A stretch of DNA of 64,000 nt from Coniocarpon cinnabarinum (lineage: Eukaryota): the NCBI GenBank assembly GCA_051942205.1, contig JAVECO010000007.1, positions 186,001 to 250,000 of the forward strand, in the 5' to 3' direction. The position numbers and the translations under genes were made by a program. The notes beneath the pieces are model-generated. The model saw only the letters and a list, made by a program, of their open reading frames with translations, was not told the DNA's origin and made no database searches. Below, piece by piece: positions 1 to 10,933 of this stretch; the first letter of the stretch is position 1, and the number at the start of each line of letters is the position of its first letter.

Positions 1-44
1 AAGACGTCGCTTATACATGCAACCTAGCGATTTGCTTCTGATTT

Positions 45-114
45 CACGTGACGAATGGATCTCAATGCTGTTCAAGATCACGTGGTGACAATTCGCCTTC
101 CGGTCACCACGTGA
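45..114. promoter_or_regulatory. Cluster of three CACGTG E-boxes, two forming a 12-bp inverted repeat
   Basis: CACGTG at 45-50, 79-84 and 108-113. TCACGTGGTGAC (78-89) is the reverse complement of GTCACCACGTGA (103-114). CACGTG is the bHLH (Cbf1/Pho4-type) core site. Confidence 0.45.
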
Positions 115-1802
115 CACATAAAGATATCGAACAGTACTGACATCGCGCTGCCTTGCCTCTTGACAGACACCCATCGCCCGATATACGCCTCTGAAAGCAG
201 GCAACAGGCTTCGGATTGCTTCGGATCTGACTCAAGGCGGACGAGCACAAGTGCCTCGCCAGCACATCGCTTAGCAAATTTGCCACCACCTCAATGCGGA
301 TTGATACATGTAACCCGCATACACTCACGCTTGGCGCATTCGAAGCCTCTGGTAGCTATGGCTGAGGAATCAACCTGTCAGGCTGAGACGCCTGGCCATG
401 CCAATGTACTCGGCTATCTCGGAAATGGTCGAGTCCAATGTTACCACGCCATTGCTTCACTTCGTTTGAGTTACTCACGCTTGTCACGTGGAAGAGTATT
501 CAGTCTTCTGGCTGAAGGACACGCTACCTTTCAAAGTGAGTACCATGGTCAAGCCACATACACGCACAGCCACGTCCCAAACGAGACTTAAGCTGTATTA
601 CATGCATACTCTAGCTTCTCAACGTTTGCCTTGTAGCTGCGTCAGACGTCAGCACTACTATACACGATCGAAATAGTCATAATGATCCTTGCTTTGCCTA
701 TGGAGCGCCGAGTCGCACGCCCGATGGGTGCGTATGTTGGTCAGCCATGGATAAGGGCATCGACATGGCTCAGGTGCGGCGACTCCAAGTGCATACGGCG
801 CTCTTTGTGCGAGTGCGAACTACTTGACTTGACCGCTACTCGCCATCGAGGCCCTAGCCGGACGAATCCGCGCAACAGGCGCGCTATACAGCTGACGGCT
901 CGTTATGCGACCTGGCTGCCGCGCAACTCCGACAGGTAGAAGGTTTTTGAGCCTGATCGAAGCCCCTGGCCGTCGCCAATCGGAGAGACCGAGATCGCAA
1001 GTCGTTGTGTGTGCACAACACATGTGACCTCCAGTAGGAATACTTCGATATCAGATTGAAGCGTCATTGACACCTTCGCTTGACTGGTCGCCCAGGAGAC
1101 TGCGCCCCCTGCTTTCAACAAACACTCGATTCACTTGATGGTCTGCTGACGCGTTTGCCCTGAGTGGAGTGACGCAAGTCAATGTCAAGTTTTCACAACC
1201 TCGAACTGCTGGAGGTCGCGACTGTAAGGAAACAAGCGGTTGTTGATACCGAACACTGTGTGCATTCTGTGATATCAAGTGTGCTGGCACATGTAGACAA
1301 GCACTCGCCTACATTGCCTATCTTGTATATGCTGTGTCGATTATCTAGGCTGGTATTTGACAACCTCTGGTGCTGAGGTGCGTGGTGAGCTACCACCTGT
1401 GGTGCAACTCTGCTGCTGTGTGTCTTTTCGTCTTTCGCGGCGAGAAATGAAACAGTGGCCAACCCTGCTCTAAGGCCTAAGTCTACTCACTGCGCTTTTT
1501 AAAGCCTTCGTCTGCCGTCGTGGTTGCTGTTCCATTTCTACCATTGGATGCGTCTTGCTAGGCACACCAGCGAGGCGCTCAGCGTCGAAAAGAGTCAAGA
1601 TCGATGTGCTACGTTGCTTTAAAGATCTCTTCAGACGATAACATTCACTAACGTTTCCACGACGAGTGGATCTTTACTTCTGTCATTCCTGTATCATGAT
1701 TAAGCACTTATATGTCCTGCGGCGCATCAAGTCAAACTCTAGTACCATCTGACAACGACTTTTGCTTGCCATGCCATGCTGTCCTCGTACAATGCCAGAA
1801 AC

Positions 1803-4385
1803 CTACAACCCAAGCGTCTCTCCCGCCCGTTCACCAGTGTTCCCACTACTCTCCCGACCATCCCTTTTCTCCTCATCATCACCAGCCTCGTCTTCGTCCT
1901 CGTCTTCCGATGCAAACACAAGCTCAGGCAACGACATATTCTCATCACTATCGCTGTCCCCCTCTCCGTCCCCTTTTCCTTCCCGTTCAATGCCAGTGTT
2001 TACTCCTTCGCTATCGCCCTTGTCTGAACTTGGCTGACCTTCATGCAAGGGCCCCACGGCGCTAGCTGGTTCAATAATGACATTTGATTCTCCTTCTTCG
2101 GTGGGGGATGTGATGACGGGTACTGGAAGGGGCCCCGCGGGTGGAATGATGGGATCGGTGGGTTGGACCATGGGATTGTTGATCGAGTCATTCAGGGACT
2201 GATTAACGGATTCAGTGATGGGATCGGTGACTGGGTCGCCGTTTTGGCGAGTTGCCGTCTGGTTCGTTGGGGCTTCTGCGAGAGGAGGCGACTGCGTGCG
2301 AGGCCGCTTCGGGCTTCGCGTATGTGCTAGATTCGAGTCTAAAGCGTCGAAATGCGTGTGGAAGATGCTTCTTGCGTTTTTGTCGCCGCTTTGAAAAACG
2401 GTGGACAGCCTCTTTCGCGCAGCTTGCGAGGTGTCAATGTCTGCGTCTTCGTCTTCGTCCATTGCGAACGCTTCGGGTGCCTCGTCGTCCTGTGACAGCT
2501 TGTTCTTGCCGTCAGGCCGTCGCGGCTTGTTGCTACCCAGACTATCGGCTCTATCTTCGCCGATAGTAACGTCTATCTCTTTCACGAGCACCGGCAATTG
2601 CGGCCGCACCAAACCCTCAACGTCGACGTCTCTTCCATATCGACGCGCCAGGAATGGCAAGATCGAGCTTCGCACGGGGCCGCTGGTTCCGGCTGAAGTG
2701 GAAGGCGAGTTGATGACGCTGGTAAGCATTGTTGCTTTGTTGGCGGAGAGGATAGCTGTGCGATCGATGAGGGTGCGAATGGAGATTGGTGTTTGCGATG
2801 GTTGGACATAGTTTAGATAGGCGGTCAGGAGCTGAGCAGCTGAATCTTGAAGGGGTGTGATCGGCTGCTGTTCGCTGGTGATGGAGATAGACTGACGTCC
2901 TTGGTTTGGAATGTGAGGAATCCCATTTTGTGCAGGGTGTGGACCAGAGCGACTCGGCACAAGGACCTCGCATGCAAGTTTGACAGTGTTGTTCACCGGT
3001 CGAGTTTGGCTCTTTGTCAGTCCCCGGCCGCATATCGAGAGTAATCGGGCAGAAACGTCAAAGGCAGCCTGTTGAACTGGATCGCTGAAGCTCTCGCGCT
3101 GAGCAACATGCGCTACACGGTCCAGTAGCATGACCGCTTGAGGCATGACCGCGAACGGCAAAGCAGTGCAGAGAGCTTGCAAGGTCTTGAGCGCGGAAAC
3201 GTGGATGGATGGCAGCACCGCCCATAGCGAGTCCCTCTCCTCGGGGCTATAATCATGATTGAGGTGCTGATTGAGCTTGCCATTCTTCGAGTCGGGAATG
3301 AGGACTTGCATGATTCGCATGAGGACTTTTGCAATAGCTACGGTTGGTATTGACACTTGGCCAGCTGTTCTCGAAGTCAAGGTTTCGGTTACGAGCGAGA
3401 GCAGACCGATGAGCCGCTCGCTACCTGCAAAGATCCCTTCCCATGGCGGCAATCCAAGACGTGAAGCAGCCGTGGATTCCTGAATCGGCTGCTCTTGTTG
3501 GCGTTGATCACCCACACACTCGTCGGTATAGCGTTGGTCCTCTTTGACGCTTCTGAATATGCGGTCTAGGGTTGCATGGGTATCAGCGATGATCGAACTC
3601 AGTGTATCGTTCCAAGCTTGTGACGCGCTGTTCTTGGGAGCTAGATAATGTAGTCGGATGAAGAGTCGCTGCGCGCTGACTTGCGCAGCGCTGAGAAGAT
3701 CCCGGTACCCAATAGTCTTATTAGACTGTTGAGCCGAAGAAGGCGTGTGTGCAAGAAGAGGCATGAGCAAGTCGCGGATCTGTTTGTCAAAGGGCCGAAA
3801 CACAGTGGCGTGATGCTCTATAAGCTCCGAGAACACTTTGAAAATGACAGGCATCAAATTGGTTTGCGTCTTTCGCTTCGACTCATTGACCTGTGCCTTC
3901 GCATCGAAAGCGACATTTTGCAGACAAGCCTTGATATACCCAGGCAGAACGGGAGTCACAAATTCCTTGACTTGTTGCAAAGGCGCTGTGATCGCAACTT
4001 GAGCTATTGTGAGAATTGCGACCTCTTTGGTTTTGGGCGGGTCATCCCATTTGCTCAGTATGCTGAGCAGTCCTCGCGTCCATGCGTTCAAGTCGTCTAA
4101 AATGGTTCTAATGCCAAAATTGGCAAAGTCCTTGATAAGCACTGCGGCAACCCATCGCCGCCGTGAATCTTTTCGGTCAATCAGGAAAGACGTCAGGGTC
4201 TTTTTCACATTTTGCAGACTAGAGTGGTCGGTCTTAGATGTCGACTTGGCATCATTGAGGCCACTGATAAAACGCTTGCAATCACACAAGCTGTGATGCA
4301 AGCTTGGAAGTATTGCTGGGAGGCCTTCAGATGGCGTATGAATCAATCTGTATTGGATCGATTTGAGTATAGCGCTTGACTCCAT
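1803..4385 (-). CDS. RIX1: Pre-rRNA-processing protein RIX1 (PELP1-like)
   Basis: Long intronless ORF; likely start MESSAILK at 4385 (the ORF extends to 4451). Helical N-terminal domain (RWVAAVLIK, WTRGLLSIL), 'SILPFLARRY...VEGLVRPQLP' motif and acidic low-complexity tail, as in fungal Rix1. Confidence 0.85.
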   Translation of the reverse strand: MESSAILKSIQYRLIHTPSEGLPAILPSLHHSLCDCKRFISGLNDAKSTSKTDHSSLQNVKKTLTSFLIDRKDSRRRWVAAVLIKDFANFGIRTILDDLNAWTRGLLSILSKWDDPPKTKEVAILTIAQVAITAPLQQVKEFVTPVLPGYIKACLQNVAFDAKAQVNESKRKTQTNLMPVIFKVFSELIEHHATVFRPFDKQIRDLLMPLLAHTPSSAQQSNKTIGYRDLLSAAQVSAQRLFIRLHYLAPKNSASQAWNDTLSSIIADTHATLDRIFRSVKEDQRYTDECVGDQRQQEQPIQESTAASRLGLPPWEGIFAGSERLIGLLSLVTETLTSRTAGQVSIPTVAIAKVLMRIMQVLIPDSKNGKLNQHLNHDYSPEERDSLWAVLPSIHVSALKTLQALCTALPFAVMPQAVMLLDRVAHVAQRESFSDPVQQAAFDVSARLLSICGRGLTKSQTRPVNNTVKLACEVLVPSRSGPHPAQNGIPHIPNQGRQSISITSEQQPITPLQDSAAQLLTAYLNYVQPSQTPISIRTLIDRTAILSANKATMLTSVINSPSTSAGTSGPVRSSILPFLARRYGRDVDVEGLVRPQLPVLVKEIDVTIGEDRADSLGSNKPRRPDGKNKLSQDDEAPEAFAMDEDEDADIDTSQAARKRLSTVFQSGDKNARSIFHTHFDALDSNLAHTRSPKRPRTQSPPLAEAPTNQTATRQNGDPVTDPITESVNQSLNDSINNPMVQPTDPIIPPAGPLPVPVITSPTEEGESNVIIEPASAVGPLHEGQPSSDKGDSEGVNTGIEREGKGDGEGDSDSDENMSLPELVFASEDEDEDEAGDDEEKRDGRESSGNTGERAGETLGL

Positions 4386-4767
4386 GTTCCAGTGTGCACA
4401 CCATGTGAAGAGAACGTTATAAAAGGAATGTAATCTCGCGGAATGGCGCATGACTCGTGCGTTTGCCTCGCTCCTTTTTCAAAGGCTTGGCATGTATCCC
4501 ACGCTATCTATATAACGATCGGAGCTACATGACGACCTGCAGATGTGGCGTATAAACGTCTTCAATGAGTCACAGTCTATACTTTGATGTACAGAAAGAT
4601 TTCTCTTACTACCAGCGCCGATGCAGAGGCATGCGCTATAGGTATACCAAGCCAGCCATCCCATATTCCAGCAAAAGCAGAACTCCCTCGTGCAACTTCA
4701 AAGTAGTATTTAACACCAGGACTTGAGAGACAAGATCAGCATTGTAGATAGTGCACGCTCGATCGTA

Positions 4768-6150
4768 ATGGATCACGAATTTCTAGCATCACCGAAAACC
4801 CCACCCCCATTAAACATCCCTCCTTCTCCCTGCACCGTTGACGTTCGTATCATCGATAGGTATGCGTGCCTTTCTTATCAAACCCACCATTCCCAATTTT
4901 ATTCTATTCCGTCTAAACACATGCCGGCATCAGCACCACCGACATCAACCTCCCCACTTCCACCCTCGTCGTCCCTTCCATCCCAGGCCACGAAAACTTC
5001 AACTGCCCTTCCTACTCTTTCCTCATCTCCCACGGAGACCGCCACCTCCTCTTCGATCTGGGCACTCGCAAAGATTTCGAGAACCTAGCTCCAGAAGTGG
5101 TGGATACGGTCAGGGAATGGGGAACCGTGGAGCGGGACGTTCCTGAGATCTTGGATAGCGAGGAGGGGTTTGGTGTGAAGTCGAAGGATATTGAGGCTGT
5201 GATCTGGAGTCATCATCATTGGGGTGAGTTCTCGCTGGAACGTGTGTCGTGCTGCGTTTGGGTGATGGGAGAGGTTGATCGCTGTTAGATCATATTGGAA
5301 ATATGTCTCTGTTTCCGCCTTCCACGGCGCTTGTCGTTGGACCTGGTTTCAAAGAGGCCTTGATGCCTGGTTATCCTGCTGATCCAGAAGGCGAGATACT
5401 GGAGTCTGATTATGTCGGTCGCGAGTTTCGCGAGATCGACATTGAAAGAGAAGGTGAGTAACCACGATCTTTTCTCATGCTGTTAGTGCCCCGCAATAAG
5501 ACGTCAAGGTTAAAGTCCTTGAAGTCCTGCTGCTCTGTTACATTGCATATCTTTTTTGTTGATTTCGATGGCACGTTCGCGCTCCTCTGCACCGCCAACA
5601 CACCCCAGGTCACAACCTCACTCTCCACGGCTTTCCCGCCTACGACTACTTCCAAGACGGCTCCTTCTACATCCTCTCGATGCCCGGCCACGCTCCTGGC
5701 CACCTAGGGGCTCTCGCCCGCGTTACCAGTGATCTACCCACATTCATCCTGCTCGTCGGCGACGCCTGCGACCACGGCGGCGAGCTACGCCCAAGCCCCT
5801 ATCAACCCCTCCCAACCACCATCACTCCCTCGCCTTTCCCTAAACTGCCAACATGTCCGGGTGCTTTGCTCCAAAAACTGCAAAGCGAACACAGCGCTGT
5901 AAAGCCTTTTTATAGACCGGAGCCGGACTTTCCGGAGGACTACGAGGCTTTTATTAAGGGATTAGAGTGGTTGGGAGAGTGGGATGGACATGAGAATGTT
6001 TTGGTCGAGATGGCGCATGATCCTTGGTTGAAAGGGTGCGTCGGGTTTTTTCCGGACAGGGCGAATGGGTGGAAGGAGAGGGGTGTGAAGGAAAGGGTGC
6101 GCTGGCGGTTTTTGAAGGATTTTGAGCAGGCGGTTGAGGGCATGCAGTGA
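4768..6150 (+). CDS. Metallo-beta-lactamase-fold hydrolase (AHL-lactonase / fungal gamma-lactamase-like), 4 exons
   Basis: Predicted introns 4860-4933, 5224-5288 and 5454-5609 give LLFDLG, the Zn motif SHHHWDHIG (HxHxDH, split by intron 2), PGHAPGH, GDACDH and AHD. Confidence 0.88.
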
Positions 6151-6372
6151 TGCAAGCCCTTCTCGTTGCAATATGTAAAGTTTAGTGGAACATTTGAGAA
6201 CTTCTTGAATACGTGAATGATCATACTAGAAACAACAGACGAAGGCAATGGTTGATGTCTGGAGGACTGTAGCCCAGGGGACAAGTATTTAAACGCCTGA
6301 AAATGCCCTAATACTATCCTCCCTTCCTAGCCAGAACGCCAAAAAGCTCTTCCGCGTCCACGTAGTTATACA

Positions 6373-9300
6373 TCAGAAATCGAAATTGTCCAAAATCGAG
6401 CTCGCGCTCGGCTCTTCTGTTACCTTCTTTCGACTCGTAGAAGGTTCCGGCACAGGCGTTGAAGGCTTACTTTCAAATCCGTCGAGCATGGAGGGCGCTG
6501 TTTGTGTTGACTCTGGCCCATGTTTGTTTTTCGTTTCACGGCCTAAGACATTGCCAATGCCATCGGTGAATGCAAGCGGCTGCTGCCGTGTCAAAGATCG
6601 CACTGGATGTGAAAACTCCCAAGTGCGCAGCACGTTCAAGGCCAGCCAGCCACAGCCCATACGCATGTAAGTTCTCGCTGCAGCTCTGACAGCGTTGGTC
6701 TCTTCTCGAAGGCTTACCGGAAAGGCGTGGTTTCTCCGTGAGCGGCTCTTCGACCACTGGTCTCGCAGTTGACGGTATACGGTCAGAATGGCTGGATCGG
6801 CTTTCCACCACATCCTTGCGTCGATCCGAAGCTCAGCCTCGTTGGCCCCTTTGATCACCTCATGCAGGGGTCTTACACATGCCTGAAGCGCCAGATATTC
6901 GCGCTTCAGCATGAGAAACCCATACACGGCTTTCCACTTATCTCCTTCCTGAAGTGCCTGAGGCAAGAGATACTGCTCTATCACAGCCTTCAGAACTGGT
7001 CCATCATCCCCATCAAAGACTCGCGCAACGCTAATGGCAAGCTCCAAATCAGCGACCTCATCGCCAGCCAGAACGTTGACAGCGCTTGTGGCCTCACCCG
7101 CTAACAAGAACCAAGCCGCGGCGTACATAGCTCGTTGCTTGCCAAGAAGTGCGTAGGCATTCTTCAGCGCGGCAGATTTCCAACGTTGCTCTTCAAAGTC
7201 CTGCGCCAAGACCCGCATCGTCTGCTCTCTTTCACGATGGCCATGTGCCATACGCCAGAGCCCTTGAAGCACTGACTTCTTTCGCAAAGCCAGATAATAT
7301 AGAGAACAATCCAGAGGGTCACGGTCTTCAGCCTTGGTGTACTCAGCTCGAGCAACAAGCTCAAAATGTGCACGTAATGTGTCTCGTGAGAGGATCCATA
7401 GGCACGTTTGGTGCTTTCTTGCTTTTGCCCATGGAAAATAAGTTCCAGACTCCTGTGCCATGGTGATGTCTAGAAGATTGTCTTGACTTACACTGAGCAG
7501 TGCAAACACAGTCGATCTCCAGGGACTCATCCCAAATGTTAGTGAAGGATCCATTCCAAGGTACAATGAGGACAAGTATATGAGCCCTGCTGCATCAATA
7601 GACTTTTTATGGGTACTCAGTGCGCCCATGCAGCCGCAGAAACTGCGAAGGTAGCTTTGTTCTGTCGCCGATATCCACGGAAGTTGCGACGTGCGCAAAT
7701 TGTCAATAAGCGCATCTGCATCATCCTGGGAGTGATTTAGACCTTGGAATGCTGTTTCAAGAGCTGCTCCGTCCGAATCAGCATTGAAGCAGGTTGCCTG
7801 CTTCTCTTGGCTACGATCGCTATTCAAAGAGCTTTCTAACACTTCTCCTTCAACCCAGTATTTGAGCCGCTCTCGGAGCTCGCTCAGGACATCCTGAACA
7901 CTCGTCAGTTGGCCGCAGAATAATTGCTGTACCAGTGATTGCGGGTGAAACACTGGCAGTGTTCGGTTAGCTAAGAAGCTCAAAGTGCGCAGTGTTTGTG
8001 GCGTTTTGACCGGCAGAGCGCTTGCGAATGGCCAAATGGACTCTAAAGCACACTCGCATGCTGTGTTGAACGCAAACAGCTGACTCCCAGCAGAGACGAC
8101 CAACATCTCTTTTGCTGTCCATAACACGTCAGTGATGGGAAGTGTTGTGTATCCAAGCATGTCAAGTTCCTTGACAAGTACCCACGGTGATTGATCGAGG
8201 ATACAATCATAAGACGCTTGTAGGAAGATCATCACTCGATGGGTGAGTACAACGGTCAATGCTTGCTGTTGCTCGTGAAGCGTGCACCATGATGCAGATT
8301 CGACGCTTTCATGGGTTGGAAAGGCGTCTTGGTACTCGCATAGGCCTGTCAGGATGTTCCATATTGTCAACTTCGTACGTGATGCGTCGACTGAGATGAC
8401 ATGGACAGGGGAGCAGGCCACGCACACATGGCACGTGTAGTCAAGGCACAGCTTTACAGTTTGGACCCATTTACGCTGCTCATTCTCTGTGGCACTTTGC
8501 CAATGAGAGTACAACACCTCACCAGATGAACTTGAGATCGCTAGAACGTTTTCGCCAACGACGTGTATCGAGCTGCATGGAGTGCGATCATTTTGTGAAT
8601 AAGCCAGGCCGATCGGTTCGCCATTCGCCATTGGCTCCGTGTCCCCAACCTTAGCTTTAGCACCACAATTGATGGCCACGCCATCACGCTGCACACTGAT
8701 AGTAAGGGAACAAGCCTCCAATTTAGAATCAACGACTTGCAGATGTGTTTCATTCGGGGCTTCTTGGGACAGCGCTGTGAGACGACATCCACTATTAGAG
8801 CGGAATGGTACGCATGCCACTTGGAACGCCTTTGACCCTTGCAAATTCCAGCAAGAGATCTGATGCTGCTGTAAGAAGATGGCCAGTTGACCTTGGTGCA
8901 ACATTTGAATATCGAGACAGCTATATCTCAGAGTGAGACCGCACTGACGCACAATTCCAGCGGTAGATTCTTCATGGCGCCGCCAAAAAGTAAGCTCCCC
9001 ACCCTCAGCCTGGGAAACAAAGAATCGACGAGAGTCGTCGGCGAGTAGACGCTGCACACTGCGAGTATGGCCAGTAAACTCTGCATCAACGCGAATGCGA
9101 CTCTGGTGTAATGAAGGATCAAAAAGCTGCTCTATCCGACTGGAAAGCCATTGCAGTCGCCCGTCAAATAAGTGGGCAAGCAGGGTTAGTGAGCCATCTG
9201 CTGACGGGCTGACAAATGCTCGGAAGATGGCAAAGTCAGTGTTCGTCGCAGGAATCACGAGCCCAAAATCTTCTGCGTGGCCAATGTTCATGACACTAGG

Positions 9301-10400
9301 ACCGAACCTTGCCTTACAACCAACACGCTCAAGTCCCCAAGCTGACATGTTCCCAGCATCGTCCAAAACGATACAGACTTCTGGATCTTGTGAAGAAAGT
9401 TCTTGCAGATGACGAAGCGTATGCTGCTCCCGTTCGTCTGCACCGTTATTGGTCCGCGTTGCGTGCTCTACGACGTTTTGGAAATCCCACTTGTCCACCA
9501 TCACAGTATAGCGCTTCTTCCATGGCGATGGCGATAGAGGCGACCGAGGCTGTATGCATGAGTTGAGATCGAGCTCAGCCCAGACATCGAGGATGTGAAG
9601 ACAGTGTGGTTCAGGGCTGGTCCAGATTCGTAAATGCCCGTCAGCACAAGTCGTGTAAAGAACCACCTCCGCATGTTCTTCCGTAGGCGGCCGACCTCTC
9701 CACCTCAGTGAGGTAACGGTTGCAGGGTGGGCGAGGTAGACGGGATCAAAGCGTTCATTGTCGCCACCGATGAATCCTCTGCGCCATACTTTGACCAAGC
9801 GATCGTACCTGCCCGTGGTTGCTACGAGACTCGCATCATGAGAGAATGAAGCTGACCTGCAAGAGTTGGCTAATGGCGGGCTCTTCCAATTCACACGTAT
9901 GTCGTCATCCGTCGTTAGCAGCGCAAGCTTTGAGCCGCCAATCAAGACCTCTCCGGGTAGACCCCAGGATAAGCAGGTGATATTGTCGATGTCATCTGGA
10001 GCATATATATGTTGTAATGCCCACTAATCAGGTCGTCAGCTGTTGGTCTTATCAAGAGCCAGAGTGTCCATACCCTCAAGTCTCCAAACTCTTGCAAGGG
10101 CTGGTGTATATGTACAGCCGAGCCACTGCTTGTTGCTATCTTGCCCGTAGCAGGGTCGATTGCGACAGCTCTGAGTCTATCGCTTTCACCATGCACGATG
10201 GTCTGGTGGAAATGATGGAGATCCCTGAGAATAATGAGAACATTGCCGGAGACATAGGCCTGAGAAGTGCATGGGTCAGCAATGTCGGACTTGAAGTAGA
10301 CGTGCATATCTCGACTTACGATGATGCGTTGCGCGCGCCAGAGTGCGGTGTCGACGGCCTGAAGCTCGCACTCTGGCTTTCCTGGAAGACACGCTTGCAT
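6373..10400 (-). CDS. RAV1: RAVE complex subunit 1 (regulator of V-ATPase assembly), WD40 + Rav1p_C
   Basis: Introns 10260-10319 and 10024-10073 join MQACLPGKP to the 1190-aa ORF. Rav1p_C motifs DPLDCSLYYLAL, LQGLWR, RWKSAALKNAYALLGKQR; C-terminus SILDNFDF. Confidence 0.92.
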
Positions 10401-10933
10401 CTCATCACGAAACGCAAATTATGCAGGCTGCGTGCAATGCCTGTAGCCACATGTCAGGTTCATGTAGAAAGCGTACTTAGCACCGACACGGTTCTGACCG
10501 CGGTGTCGCCGGAGACCGAAGTGACGTTGGATGCTCAAGAATTGATAAGGAGAGATGTTTGGCCTGAAACGATCTCGCAAAATCTTCAGTGGGTTTGTTC
10601 CCAAAGTTTGCAAGCGATATCAGCAGCAGCGCAATAATGACAAATCTAATCTAGAGAGCCCAGTGTAAGGTAGGTACTAGGGGTACTACGAGGAACGCGA
10701 TTCATGACTCGATCACGCGAATCCTCGTGGCAGCACTACTTGCTGGCATGTGATCTTTGCAGATCTCTGTATGCCTAAATCCGACCTTCATTACACTCGT
10801 GCGCTGTCTGATAACACGGCCTTTTCCAAAACAAATTGGGTATCATAAACAAACTCTCAAAAACACCAACGCTATGCCTTTTGCTTTTGCATAAAGACGG
10901 TGACAAGCTTAACCCAAGTCGGCCGCCCTGTTT

